DNA of 64,000 nt, taken from Candidatus Poribacteria bacterium. Its GTDB lineage: Bacteria > Poribacteria > WGA-4E > GCA-2687025. The stretch spans positions 3,467,895 to 3,531,894 of the forward strand of contig OY762492.1 in assembly GCA_963665845.2 (NCBI GenBank). Reading direction: 5' to 3'. The notes under the pieces were generated by a model. It was not told the origin of the DNA. It ran no database searches and was given only the letters and a program-made list of their open reading frames with translations. Shown here piece after piece: positions 9,601 through 19,083 of the stretch; the first letter of the stretch is position 1, and each line of letters starts with the position of its first letter. Made by a program: the position numbers and the translations under genes.

Positions 9601-9721
9601 CATGACGTTGTTTCTCGTCCCGGCGCTGTATGCGATCGCGGACGACGCGGCGGCGTTTCGGCAGCGTCTTCGGGCGCGCCGCCCCGCGCGGTTAGAGGCG
9701 GCGCCCGCCTCGGCAGATTGA
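6602..9721 (+). CDS. Efflux RND transporter permease (AcrB/AcrD/AcrF family)
   Basis: About 1040 aa with a 12-TM RND architecture. MRLARFSVKNVLLINLAMA..., with conserved GMIVDHAIVIAEN and GIVVNDSIVLIDF motifs. The ATG at 6602 forms an ATGA overlap with the adaptor stop. The track start at 6587 is TTG. Confidence 0.9.
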   Translation: MRLARFSVKNVLLINLAMATILLLGAYAFLVLPREASPDINFNWAFVTTAYPGAAPIEVEQLVTIPMEEAIREVADVNMVTSTSSEGISFISVKFAQNMSRGDFDKRFQDLQTNIRAAEVPDGAEDPDIRKLDTQDWWPVVSVAVSGQLPEPVMNQIAEDLIDLYEQNDDVGQLTAVGMREREIWVEVNPDAMNSLDIGFQSVVQALAARNLNVPGGELRPGGRGEFLVRTLGKINAPEEARQVIIRTGPSGRQVRVGDVAEVTDTFEKARMISRMDGEPCITINVAKKRGASTISVVDDVRELTARYEAERLVPGARLEMVNDSSEYIINIIDKLQSNAVFGIVFVTLALWLFIGWRAALAVVVGMPVTFAVTFIFMRATGRSLDGNALFALVLVLGMIVDHAIVIAENCVRHLQMDKSKAQAVIDGVGEVFQPVLAATLTTIAAFLPLMLMPGIMGAFMRIIPLVVTLALVASNFEAFLILPAHVMDWTKRRAQGVRAENRWFRAVRLRYMRLLRRVIHRRYLAVALFLLIAVGSAFLLPLVGVQLFEGDPLSRFYVRVWMPLGTSLETTDETLREIETIAMQLPDTDVAAVISTAGMLLDDEGTRVGDRYGQVLVDVPDGSKESRPIPEILADMRMRCSRLTGYEKIRFTMDEGGPPTGKPVEVKVKGPDLDRLQELVTELKGELASMPGVYDIGDDFSPGKEELRIKVNDERARMHGLDAAQIAMFVRTAVNGTTATSIRDGNDDVDVIVKVKGGAESPLERIKSLRIAAPGGGSLPLREAATFETGRGYSDILRFEYERSITVFAEVDSTIASAVAVNREMESRFANLGKRYPGYRLDFRGEFAEFRDAFNSLASLFALGVFIIFLLLTAQFKSLIQPFIILFTIPFAFVGAVVGLIAIRAPFSIMTLYGIVALAGIVVNDSIVLIDFINKRRQNGAGRWRAVMKGGALRLRPVLLTSITTIAGLLPMALGIGGGSEVWAPLANTIVWGLSAATFMTLFLVPALYAIADDAAAFRQRLRARRPARLEAAPASAD

Positions 9722-9740
9722 CATCGTCAAGCCTCGCGTT

Positions 9741-9982
9741 CTGACCTCTGAATGATCGCTCTATTCATGGGAAAAAGACCCCGCTAACCAAACCGTCCCC
9801 CGCTTCCGCGAGGACATGCATTCCCGCGCAAGCGGGAATCCAGAGTGCCGACAGAAACCGTCCGCGTTTACCCCAAGCGTCCATCTTACACGCCGTCATT
9901 CCCGCGCAAGCGGGAATCTTAGGCGTCGCAGACGCCGTCCATATCGCGTCTCCGATCAACATCATCGTATGAGCGTACTGCC
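9741..9982. repeat. Mosaic repeat block: truncated type II TIR, two ATTCCC-N8-GGGAAT hairpins and a solo IS1-type inverted repeat
   Basis: CTGACCTC fused to TGAATGATCGCTCTATTCATGGGAAAAAG (9741-). Hairpins ATTCCCGCGCAAGCGGGAAT at 9820-9839 and 9898-9917. CATCATCGTATGAGCGTACTGCC at 9957-9982. Confidence 0.7.
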
Positions 9983-10154
9983 GCCCAGCCGTTTTGGATG
10001 CATACCCTCCCCCGCATGTGTTATACTCTAATGCAATCGTTCCGGCTGATGCCGGCGTTACACAGGTTTGCGCACAGGCAACTCGAAAGGAGCGCCGCAT
10101 AGATGAGGTTCCACAGATTCAACATCAGGAGTGTCGCGCACATGAAACTCACAC

Positions 10155-13100
10155 GTGACGTACCCCCCCCCCCCCCCCCCCCCCCCCCGCGCTTGGTCCG
10201 CTGCTCTAGCGGCGGCGCTTCTCTGCGCATGGCTCGTTGCTGAAAACAGCAGCGCGCAACAGGTCCTGACAGGGCATACGGATGATGTCAGGTCCGTGGC
10301 GTATTCGCCGGACGGTCAGACGATCGCCAGCGGCAGCGCCGACGGCACAATCCGCATCTGGAATCCAGCGACGGGCGCGCATGTCCGAACGCTGGAAGAA
10401 AACGAAACCAGAGTTTTCGCTGTGGGCTATTCGCCGGACGGTCAGACGATCGCCAGCGGAAACTTCTACAACACGATAAGCGTCTGGAACGCTCAAACAG
10501 GCGCGCATCTCAAAACCCTGGAAGAGCGCGTGAACGGCGCGAGCGTCTGTAGAGTAGGCGACGTCCTACAGCCCGGAGACAGCTGCTATTATCCGGGAAC
10601 TGACATTGTGATTCGCGCTGAGGGCGGAAGCCTTATCATTGGAGGCGCATCCTTCTCTGGGGCAACCATAAATCTCCAGGGCGTTACCATCGGCGGCGTA
10701 CGCATCTCCATTACTGCCGTACGCGACGGAAATTCTTATAGAATTTCCGGAATTGCGAGCGCGTCCGCTGTCTACTCGGTGTCGTATTCGCCAGACGGAA
10801 CGCGAATTGTCAGCGGCGGCGGCGGCGGCAGCGGCGACGACACGATTCGGATCTGGAACGCCGAGACGGGCGAACTCATACGAACGCTTGAAGGGCATAC
10901 GGGTATTGTCTGGTCTGTGGCGTATTCACCGGACGGTCAGATGATCGCCAGCGGCAGCTGGGACGACATGATTCGGATCTGGAACGCCAACACGGGCGAA
11001 CTCATACGAACGCTTGAAGGGCATACAGATAATGTCTATTCTGTGATGTATTCACCGGACGGTCAGACGATCGCCAGCGGCAGCGCCGACGACACGATTC
11101 GGATCTGGAACGCCAACACGGGAGCGCACATACGAACCCTCCAAGGACATACGAATACAGTCCTTTCTGTCCTTTCTGTGGCATATTCGCCGGATGGTCA
11201 AACGATCGCCAGCGGCAGCGCCGACGACACGATTCGGATCTGGAACGCCAACACGGGAGCGCATCTACGAACCCTCCAGGGACATACGGATGTAGTCCTG
11301 TCCGTGGCCTATTCACCGGACGGTCAGACGATCGCCAGCGGCAGCTGGGACGACACGATCCGCCTCTGGGACATCAGCGACCTCGCCGCTCCTGTAGACC
11401 GCCCAACGGCGACCGTCTCCGGCCCGAGTGAGACGCAAACAGGCGCGTTCGATGTGACCATCGAGTTCAGCTCCGCCGTCACAGGTTTCGAGTCGTCCGA
11501 CATTGTTGTGACGAACGGCTCTGTGACCAATCTTGCCGGCAGCGGCGCATCCTACACGGCAACGATTCAACCGTCCAGCACAGGAGCCGTTACGGTGAGC
11601 GTCCCCGCCAACGCCGCGGGGAACAACACCGCTTCCAACACCTACTCTGTCAACGCTGAAACCGGAGGGCCGCAGGTCCTGACAGGGCATACGGATGATG
11701 TCTTTTCTGTGGCGTATTCTCCGGACGGTCAAACGATCGCCAGCGGCAGCAGGGACGACACGATCCGCATCTGGAACGCCAACACGGGAGCGCACATACG
11801 AACCCTCCAAGGACATACGAATATAGTCCTTTCTGTGGCATATTCGCCGGATGGTCAAACGATCGCCAGCGGCAGCGTCGACGCCACGATTCGGATCTGG
11901 AACGCCAACACGGGAGCGCATCTACGAACCCTCCAGGGACATACGCGTGTAGTCACATCCGTGGCCTATTCACCGAACGGTCAGACGCTTGCCAGCGGCG
12001 GCTTCGACAACACGGTTCGGATTTGGAACGCCAACACGGGAGCGCATCTACGAACCCTCCAGGGACATACGGATCAGGTATGGTCCGTGGCATATTCACC
12101 GGACAGTCAGATGATCGCCAGCGGCAGCGCCGACGCCACGATTCGGATCTGGAACGCCAACACGGGCGAACTCATACGAACGCTTGAAGGGCATACAGAT
12201 TATGTCTATTCTGTGATGTATTCACCGGACGGTCAGACGATCGCCAGCGGCAGCGTCGACGCCACGATTCGGATCTGGAACGCCAACACGGGAGCGCACA
12301 TACGAACCCTCCAAGGACATACGAATACAGTCCTTTCTGTGGCATATTCGCCGGATGGTCAAACGATCGCCAGCGGCAGCTGGGACGACATGATTCGGAT
12401 CTGGAACGCCAACACGGGAGCGCATCTACGAACCCTCCAGGGACATACGGATGGAGTCCTTTCTGTGGCGTATTCGCCGGATGGTCAGACGATCGCCAGC
12501 GGCAGTTACGACGATACGATACGCATCTGGGACATCAGCGACCTCGCCGCTCCTGTAGACGGCCCAACGGCGACCGTCTCCGGCCCGAGCGAGACGCAGA
12601 CAGGCGCGTTCGATGTGACCATCGAGTTCAGCTCCGCCGTCACAGGTTTCGAGTCGTCCGACATCGCTGTGACGAACGGCTCTGTGACCAATCTTGCCGG
12701 CAGCGGCGCAAGCTACACGGCGACGATTCAGCCGTCCAGCTTCGGAGCCTTTACCGTTACGGTGAGCGTTCCCGCCAACGCCGCGGGCAACAGAGCCTCC
12801 AACACCTACACGGTCAACGTTGAAATCGGAGCGCTGCGGGTCCTGACAGGACATACGGACCCGGTCTGGTCTGTGGCGTATTCGCCGGACGGTCAGACGA
12901 TCGCCAGCGGAAGCTCGGACGACACGATACGCATCTGGAACGCCAACACAGGGGAGCCTCTCAGAACCCTCCAGGGACATACGAGTACTGTCAGGTCTGT
13001 GGCGTATTCACCGGACGGTCAGTCGCTCGCCAGCGGCAGCTACGACAACACGATACGCATCTGGAACGCCAACACTGGCGCGCATCTACGAACCCTCCAG

Positions 13101-15491
13101 GGACATACGAATTGGGTCAGGTCTGTGGCATATTCTCCGGACGGTCTGACGATCGCCAGCGGCAGCAACGACAACACGGTTCGGATCTGGAACGCCAACA
13201 CTGGCGCGCATCTACGAACCCTCCAGGGACATACGGGTCAGGTCTGGTCCGTGGCGTATTCACCGGATGGTCAGACGATCGCCAGCGGCAGCGGCAGCGT
13301 CGACAACACGATACGCATCTGGGACGCGAACACGGGAGAGCATCTCCGAACCCTCCGAGGGCAGTCTTGGGTCACCTCTGTGGCATATTCGCCGGACGGT
13401 CAGACGCTCGCCAGCGGCAGCAGAGACCAAGCAAATCCAATTCGGGTCTGGGACGCGAACACGGGAGCGCATCTACGAACCCTCCATGGACATACGAATC
13501 CAATCCTTTCTGTAGCGTATTCACCTGACGGTCAGACGATCGCCAGCGGCAGCGGCGACGACACAATCCGCATCTGGAACGCCAACACAGGGGCGCATCT
13601 ACGAACCCTCCAGGGACATACGGGTACGGTATGGTCCGTGGCGTATTCGCCGGATGGTCAGACGATCGCCAGCGGCAGCTGGGATGAGACGATTCGGATC
13701 TGGGACATCAGCGACCTCGCCGCTCCTGTAGACCGCCCAACGGCGACCGTCTCCGGCCCGAGTGAGACGCAGACAGGCGCGTTCGATGTGACCATCGAGT
13801 TCAGCTCCGCCGTCACAGGTTTCGAGTCGTCCGACATTATTGTGACGAACGGCTCTGTGACCAATCTTGCCGGCAGCGGCGCAAGCTACACGGCAACGAT
13901 TCAACCGACAGGCGATGGCGCTGTTACGGTGAGCGTCCCCGCCAACGCCGCGGGCAACAACACCGCCTCTGACGCCTACTCTGTCAACTACGAACCGCCT
14001 TTGTTTGCGCATACGGGCGGCATTTTAGCGGCGGCGTATTCATCTGACGGAACCCGCATCGCCACCGCCTCCGCGGACGATACGGCGCTCATCTGGGATG
14101 CCGACGCGGAAACGCCGCTCCTTGAACTGACGGAGCATACGGTTGATGTCCGCTCCGCCGCCTTTTCGCCGGACGGAACCATGCTCGCCACCGGCAGCGC
14201 CGACGACACGATACGCCTCTGGAACGCTGAAACGGGCGCGCATATTCGAACGCTGGCGGGACACACGGGCGACGTCTATGCGCTAGACTATTCGCCGGAC
14301 GGCGCGACCATCGTCAGCGCAAGCGGCGACCGTACAGTTCGGCTCTGGAACGCCGAAACCGGGGAGCTTGTCAAGACGATGACGCAGCATGCGGGGGTTG
14401 TTCGGACAGCCGTCTTCTCTCCTGACGGAACGCTCATCGCCAGCGGCGGCGCCGACCGTACCGTGCGCCTCTGGAACGCGCAAACCGGCAAGCTTCTCTC
14501 CACGCTGAAAGAGCATGGGCGGACGATCTACTCGGTCGCCTTTTCACCCGACGGAACGGTTTTGGCAAGCGGCAGCGCCGACAAAACGATTCGTTTTTGG
14601 GATGTTTCGTCGCAGTCGCTTCTCCATACCCGTACGGTGGGCGGGTCTGCGGGTCTCGTGTTTTCGGTCGCCTTTTCGCCGGACGGTTCCACGCTCGCTT
14701 CCGGGAACGAGGATGGGACCGTCCATCTCTGGGCGTCCGGAAACGGCCGGCATAAAGAGACGCTAGAGGGACATACGGGAACCGTTTACGCGGTCGCCTA
14801 TTCGCCCGACGGTCAAACGCTCATCAGCGGAAGCCGCGACAAGACGCTGCGCTTCTGGTCAATGCCGAAGCCCAATCTCGATCTGAACGGCGACGGCGTC
14901 GTGGACGCGGCGGATCTGCAGATGGTCGCCAACAGCTACGGCGGCTCCGATCCGAACGCGGATGTGAACGGGGACGGCGTCGTGGATGTGAACGACGTTC
15001 TGCTGATCGCGGACGCCCTGGCGAACGCGCAGGCGGTCGCGGCGGCTCCGGCGTTGGCGTCGTTGCGGGAGGCGCCGTCCTTTCCGCAGGTGTCCAGCTG
15101 GCTGAACGACGCGAATGGGCTGATTGTCCGCAGCGATTCGGCAAAGCGGGGCATCGCCGTTTTGGAGGAGATGCTTCGGTCATCGCTGCCGGTTGTGTCC
15201 ACCAGCGCGCTTCTGCCGAACTACCCGAACCCGTTCAACCCAGAGACCTGGATCCCGTTTGAGTTGGCGGAAACGTCCCGCGTAAAGTTGACGATCTACA
15301 ACTCATCGGGTCAAACCGTGCGCGTGTTGGAGCTTGGGCAGTTGCCGGCGGGCGCCTACCGCAGCCGCGCCAAAGCCGCCCATTGGGACGGACGGAACAA
15401 TCTGGGCGAACCTGTCGCCAGCGGCATGTATTATGTCCGCATTGAGGCGGGGTCGTTCACGGCGCTGCGGCGCATGGTTGTGCTGAAGTAA
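10155..15491 (+). CDS. Giant secreted WD40-repeat protein with three Ig-like cassettes, dockerin-like repeats and a T9SS-type C-terminal sorting domain
   Basis: Dozens of WD40 blades ([35 protein letters not shown]). Three near-identical cassettes of about 95 aa starting [10 protein letters not shown] at nt 11370, 12531 and 13704. Dockerin/EF-hand-like [13 protein letters not shown]...[14 protein letters not shown]-terminal [19 protein letters not shown]...[10 protein letters not shown]...RMVVLK. The in-frame start as printed is GTG 10155; see the poly-C finding for the start problem. Confidence 0.85.
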   Translation: MTYPPPPPPPPRAWSAALAAALLCAWLVAENSSAQQVLTGHTDDVRSVAYSPDGQTIASGSADGTIRIWNPATGAHVRTLEENETRVFAVGYSPDGQTIASGNFYNTISVWNAQTGAHLKTLEERVNGASVCRVGDVLQPGDSCYYPGTDIVIRAEGGSLIIGGASFSGATINLQGVTIGGVRISITAVRDGNSYRISGIASASAVYSVSYSPDGTRIVSGGGGGSGDDTIRIWNAETGELIRTLEGHTGIVWSVAYSPDGQMIASGSWDDMIRIWNANTGELIRTLEGHTDNVYSVMYSPDGQTIASGSADDTIRIWNANTGAHIRTLQGHTNTVLSVLSVAYSPDGQTIASGSADDTIRIWNANTGAHLRTLQGHTDVVLSVAYSPDGQTIASGSWDDTIRLWDISDLAAPVDRPTATVSGPSETQTGAFDVTIEFSSAVTGFESSDIVVTNGSVTNLAGSGASYTATIQPSSTGAVTVSVPANAAGNNTASNTYSVNAETGGPQVLTGHTDDVFSVAYSPDGQTIASGSRDDTIRIWNANTGAHIRTLQGHTNIVLSVAYSPDGQTIASGSVDATIRIWNANTGAHLRTLQGHTRVVTSVAYSPNGQTLASGGFDNTVRIWNANTGAHLRTLQGHTDQVWSVAYSPDSQMIASGSADATIRIWNANTGELIRTLEGHTDYVYSVMYSPDGQTIASGSVDATIRIWNANTGAHIRTLQGHTNTVLSVAYSPDGQTIASGSWDDMIRIWNANTGAHLRTLQGHTDGVLSVAYSPDGQTIASGSYDDTIRIWDISDLAAPVDGPTATVSGPSETQTGAFDVTIEFSSAVTGFESSDIAVTNGSVTNLAGSGASYTATIQPSSFGAFTVTVSVPANAAGNRASNTYTVNVEIGALRVLTGHTDPVWSVAYSPDGQTIASGSSDDTIRIWNANTGEPLRTLQGHTSTVRSVAYSPDGQSLASGSYDNTIRIWNANTGAHLRTLQGHTNWVRSVAYSPDGLTIASGSNDNTVRIWNANTGAHLRTLQGHTGQVWSVAYSPDGQTIASGSGSVDNTIRIWDANTGEHLRTLRGQSWVTSVAYSPDGQTLASGSRDQANPIRVWDANTGAHLRTLHGHTNPILSVAYSPDGQTIASGSGDDTIRIWNANTGAHLRTLQGHTGTVWSVAYSPDGQTIASGSWDETIRIWDISDLAAPVDRPTATVSGPSETQTGAFDVTIEFSSAVTGFESSDIIVTNGSVTNLAGSGASYTATIQPTGDGAVTVSVPANAAGNNTASDAYSVNYEPPLFAHTGGILAAAYSSDGTRIATASADDTALIWDADAETPLLELTEHTVDVRSAAFSPDGTMLATGSADDTIRLWNAETGAHIRTLAGHTGDVYALDYSPDGATIVSASGDRTVRLWNAETGELVKTMTQHAGVVRTAVFSPDGTLIASGGADRTVRLWNAQTGKLLSTLKEHGRTIYSVAFSPDGTVLASGSADKTIRFWDVSSQSLLHTRTVGGSAGLVFSVAFSPDGSTLASGNEDGTVHLWASGNGRHKETLEGHTGTVYAVAYSPDGQTLISGSRDKTLRFWSMPKPNLDLNGDGVVDAADLQMVANSYGGSDPNADVNGDGVVDVNDVLLIADALANAQAVAAAPALASLREAPSFPQVSSWLNDANGLIVRSDSAKRGIAVLEEMLRSSLPVVSTSALLPNYPNPFNPETWIPFELAETSRVKLTIYNSSGQTVRVLELGQLPAGAYRSRAKAAHWDGRNNLGEPVASGMYYVRIEAGSFTALRRMVVLK
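10163..10188 (+). repeat. Homopolymeric poly-C tract (26 nt) in the 5' end of the giant WD40 gene
   Basis: Counted directly: an uninterrupted C run from 10163 to 10188. It encodes the Pro8 stretch of the track ORF. Confidence 0.95.
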
Positions 15492-15503
15492 GGCATTTCT
15501 GTT

Positions 15504-15540
15504 TGCGCGGGAGCGCGTTGCCGTTCCCGCGCAAATTTTC
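15504..15540. terminator. Rho-independent-type hairpin between convergent genes
   Basis: TGCGCGGGA (15504-15512) pairs with TCCCGCGCA (15525-15533) and is followed by AATTTT. It lies 13 nt after the WD40 stop and before the convergent MBL gene's end. Confidence 0.55.
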
Positions 15541-15569
15541 CGCGTTCTCATGCCGACATGTCAAGCGCG

Positions 15570-16607
15570 TCAATCTCTCCGCTCCTCGCCGTCCCAGTAG
15601 CCGACAGCGTCTTTCTTTCGGAAGGCGCCGATGGGGCGCGCGACAATCTTCTCGGAGTCGGGGTATTCGCACACCAGATGCGGATGTTCTTCGCCCAGCA
15701 GAAAGAGAACGCACCGCTCCGAGCCGTTGTTGATGAACTTGTGCGCGCCGCTGCGTCCGGGCGGGAAGGCGATGAAGTCGCCCTTGCGCACCATGAACTC
15801 GCCGCGGTCGGTTCGCATCAGGCATTCGCCCTCCATCACGATCGCCGCTTCTTCGTCGAAATGATGAAAATGGAACGGGCAATTGAACTGCCCAGGCTCC
15901 AGCCGCCACAGCATATAACCTAGATTTTGCGCCCCAATCAGATGTCCAATCTCCGCCGTGAACCCCTCCTCCAGCTCCTCCATGTTGATGCGGTTGATGT
16001 ACACATCGGAGCGGCTTTGGAGGCATTCGACAAGGCGGCGGCTGGCGTCATGAAAGATGGAATGTCCGTCTCCAACAAGGATAACTTCAGGCTGAAGGCG
16101 CAAGATCTTGCGCAGCTCCAGCGCCGCTTTGGCGGGGTTTGCCAGCTTTTCGTCCGGCAGCATGGACAGACGCCCCATCGGTTCGCCGGCAATCAGATCG
16201 CCCGCCAGAACGGCGTTGTGTTCCGGAAAGTGCAAGGCGATCTCCCCTGGGCTTTTGCCGTCTTCAAGGCGCACGGCGCGCATCCCCTCGACAACCTCTT
16301 CCCCGTCCTTGAGCGTTCGGTCGACCCGTATGGAGAGGAGCGGCGCGTCCGCTTCATGCGCGGCAACTTCGGCGCCGAAACGCTTGCGGAAGGCGTCCGC
16401 TTCGCGCTCATGGTCTCGGTTGGTGATGACAATCAGGCTGGCGCCCCCCAGCTGTTCAAGCTGCCGCTGATCCGCGTCCGACATCGGAACGGGGTCGATC
16501 AGTATGTTGCCTTGCGGGCGCGTCCATAGATGCCCGTTGAAGTCGATCTGGCGCATTTCGCTGAAGAGTGACCATGTATAAAATCCGTCGAGCGTCAGCT
16601 GTTTCAT
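15570..16607 (-). CDS. MBL-fold metallo-hydrolase fused to a C-terminal cupin domain
   Basis: The N-terminal half is beta-lactamase-fold-like (LIVITNRDHEREADAF, ILVGDGHSIF). The C-terminal half is cupin-like (FNCPFHFHHFDEEAAIVMEGECLMRTDRGEFMVRKGDFIAFPPG...AHKFINNG). ATG start with an AAGGGA RBS. Confidence 0.65.
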   Translation of the reverse strand: MKQLTLDGFYTWSLFSEMRQIDFNGHLWTRPQGNILIDPVPMSDADQRQLEQLGGASLIVITNRDHEREADAFRKRFGAEVAAHEADAPLLSIRVDRTLKDGEEVVEGMRAVRLEDGKSPGEIALHFPEHNAVLAGDLIAGEPMGRLSMLPDEKLANPAKAALELRKILRLQPEVILVGDGHSIFHDASRRLVECLQSRSDVYINRINMEELEEGFTAEIGHLIGAQNLGYMLWRLEPGQFNCPFHFHHFDEEAAIVMEGECLMRTDRGEFMVRKGDFIAFPPGRSGAHKFINNGSERCVLFLLGEEHPHLVCEYPDSEKIVARPIGAFRKKDAVGYWDGEERRD

Positions 16608-16705
16608 TGTTTCCCTTCGCTGTTGAGAGCCGCTGCAGACGCCCCTATTCTATCCGAAATAGAGGCGCGAAGAGAAGAGCGGATGAAACTTGCCGCGCCG
16701 CGCGC

Positions 16706-16800
16706 TGTCATTCCCGCGTAAGCGGGAATCTTAGGCGCCGCAAACGCTGTCCGCAGCGCTTTAAACCCCCCTAACCCCCCTTTTCAAGGGGGGAATCAGA
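16706..16800. repeat. ATTCCC-N8-GGGAAT hairpin plus C/G-rich hairpin in a divergent promoter region
   Basis: GTCATTCCCGCGTAAGCGGGAATCTTAGG (core 16710-16729) and AAACCCCCCTAACCCCCCTTTTCAAGGGGGGAATCAGAGG (about 16762-16800). Confidence 0.8.
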
Positions 16801-16864
16801 GGCGCGCTTGACTCCCCCGCCCATACCAAGCATGATGCGGCTAACGCAACGCGGAGGATGAAAC

Positions 16865-17977
16865 ATGGCAGACGGCAAAGCGTTCCGAATCGGAGTTATC
16901 GGCGCGGGATGGGCGGCGGACGGGCATATCGCCGGGTTCAATATCGACCCGCGCGCGCAGGTTGTCGGCGTCGCCAACCGAACCAGAGAACGCGCCGAAG
17001 CGACCGCTCAAAAACATGGCATCCCGCATGTCGTTGGAAACCACACAGAGCTGCTCAAGCTGGACCTGGACGCTGTCGCGATCACAACGCCCGGCAAATA
17101 CCATTATGAAGCGGCGATGGACGCCTTCGCCGCGGGCTGCCATGTGATCTGCGAAAAGCCGATGGCGATGAACGCCCAAGAAGCGTACGAGATGCAGCGG
17201 GCGGGCAAAGAGCGCGGACTCGCCGGCGCGATGGCGTTCACATGGCGCTACCCCGCGCGGTTCATGCGCATGCGCAAGATGATCGCGGACGGCGAAATCG
17301 GGCGCGTCCATGAGGTTCACGCGCACTGCATGTCCCCCTCAGGCAAAATCTCCGTCGATGGATGGATGAGTCGGCTGGAAGAGGGGGGCGGGCTGCTTTA
17401 TCAGCTCGCGTCGCATGAGATTGACCGCGTCCGCGCGCTCATCGGGCGGGAGGCGGAAAGGGTCTGCGGACGACAAAAACGCGCGATCACAAAAGCCGCC
17501 GTCGACCCGAAAACGCGCTACTTTTTGGAGATGATGCGTTGGCGCCCCGACAAGCCGATTGAGGAATACGAGATGGTCGAAGCGACCGCGGACACCGGCT
17601 ACGACATCATCGCCGACTTTGAGGAGCAGATTGCCGCCGTCTTCCGCGCCGGAAAAGGTCGAGGGGAAAACGGGCGCGTCATTGAAGTGTACGGCGACGA
17701 AGGAACGCTCATCTTGCGCGAGCATGAGCTGGTCAGAAGCCCCTACGGGGAACGCAAATTTGAGCGCATTGAGGTTCCCGAAACGTTTAGAGAGGCGACG
17801 GCGCATCTGCCGTACCTGCATCGGCTCTGGGCGGAACTGATTGCCGAGTTCATCAACCTGATGGAAGACAAGGAAAGCCCCGTCCCGACGCTGTGGGACG
17901 GCTACAAAGGCATGCAGATCATCGACGCGGCGCGTATTTCTGGGGCGGAGGAGCGGTGGGTTCGCATAGAGCCTTGA
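16865..17977 (+). CDS. Gfo/Idh/MocA family oxidoreductase
   Basis: N-terminal Rossmann motif FRIGVIGAGWAADGHIAGF and the EKPMA motif (VICEKPMAMN). GGAGGA RBS followed by ATG. Confidence 0.85.
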   Translation: MADGKAFRIGVIGAGWAADGHIAGFNIDPRAQVVGVANRTRERAEATAQKHGIPHVVGNHTELLKLDLDAVAITTPGKYHYEAAMDAFAAGCHVICEKPMAMNAQEAYEMQRAGKERGLAGAMAFTWRYPARFMRMRKMIADGEIGRVHEVHAHCMSPSGKISVDGWMSRLEEGGGLLYQLASHEIDRVRALIGREAERVCGRQKRAITKAAVDPKTRYFLEMMRWRPDKPIEEYEMVEATADTGYDIIADFEEQIAAVFRAGKGRGENGRVIEVYGDEGTLILREHELVRSPYGERKFERIEVPETFREATAHLPYLHRLWAELIAEFINLMEDKESPVPTLWDGYKGMQIIDAARISGAEERWVRIEP

Positions 17978-18013
17978 GGCGCGCGGCAATTTCAGATACT
18001 CATGGCTCCTTTG

Positions 18014-19006
18014 TTATGGTCTTTCGGCGCGGTTTCTGCTCAATCGAAACTCTGGATTCTCGTAGAAATCGTATAGATGCTCAATGCCAAGGCGTCTATA
18101 AAGATTTCGAATGGCCAATGCGACTCTTTCTCTCGTTCCTTCGGGACCTGGCGGGAGGGATGGGGACGGAAAGCTGGTAATCCGACTGCCGTGGGTGACG
18201 GGAAGCTCCCCTTGCGCGGAAACCATAAGCGTTTGCATCTCCTGCCGCAGCAAGGCGGCGCGCGAGGCGGCGCTGTCGCGACGCGCCCGGATCCAATTCG
18301 CTTCGAGGTTTAGGAACCGATCCAACTGCTCTGGAGATGGGCGAAAGCCTGTGCGTTTACCGTAATTCATCACGGTTGGCAAGTTCCCAAAATGCTGAAA
18401 CGGTTTTCCCCAGTTGTCTAGTCGTGCTTCGTAAGGCCTCGTTCCGTCTCCGCTCCCTATGGGCGGTTCAAACCCCCAGAAATTTCGATACGATTCCCAG
18501 GTTCTTGGGTCTCGCCAATCGATTTCGAAGGGAGCTATCATTTTGCTTCCTCCCGTTGCTTGGGTCCAATCAATTGAGAGTGGAGGCCCCGTAGGGGTTG
18601 CGCGCGCTGCTTTCAATGATTTCGAATCAACTTTGCGCGTTGTGGTATCCCAATCGGGATTGATACGGTAGGGATTGCCTTGCCGCGTGTAGGCGATCCT
18701 TCCGTACCGTTCGCACCCAGGGGGAATCAAATTTGAGATTTCGCCGCTTGCAGTACCGGCGGCCGCTTTAGCGCTTGTCGCCGTTTCTTCATTCCGGGCG
18801 ATTTCCTCGGCGTTTTCAGGCTTTTCGGCGGGGGCGTCCGGCGTCGTTGCCCGCTCCGTTTTGTCGATCTTGACGACAGGCGACTGGACGAACGTTTCAT
18901 CGGCGGGAATGTCGTTCTCGGCGCTGTTGCGGTATGCCAGCCAGAACGCTCCCGCGATGATGAACGCGAGACCGACCAGCGCTCCTCCGATCGCAACTTT
19001 TTTCAT
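18014..19006 (-). CDS. Hypothetical membrane-anchored protein (tandem paralog A)
   Basis: Start chosen at MKKVAIGGALVGLAFIIAGAFWLAYRNSAENDI (N-terminal TM). Conserved blocks are shared with the next gene (WESYRNFWGFEPP, RTGFRPSPEQLDRF, IEHLYDFYENPEF). Confidence 0.6.
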   Translation of the reverse strand: MKKVAIGGALVGLAFIIAGAFWLAYRNSAENDIPADETFVQSPVVKIDKTERATTPDAPAEKPENAEEIARNEETATSAKAAAGTASGEISNLIPPGCERYGRIAYTRQGNPYRINPDWDTTTRKVDSKSLKAARATPTGPPLSIDWTQATGGSKMIAPFEIDWRDPRTWESYRNFWGFEPPIGSGDGTRPYEARLDNWGKPFQHFGNLPTVMNYGKRTGFRPSPEQLDRFLNLEANWIRARRDSAASRAALLRQEMQTLMVSAQGELPVTHGSRITSFPSPSLPPGPEGTRERVALAIRNLYRRLGIEHLYDFYENPEFRLSRNRAERP

Positions 19007-19083
19007 GGCAAAACCCTTTCGTGTCGCTGCTTGCCTGTCGAGTCGTTTCGCATCGCTTCCGCGTTTCATGTTGGTTGTCTGCG

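Noticed and set aside
10021-10230. A minus-strand ORF encoding a poly-Gly run.
   Set aside because: It is simply the reverse complement of the poly-C tract. It has no coding context.
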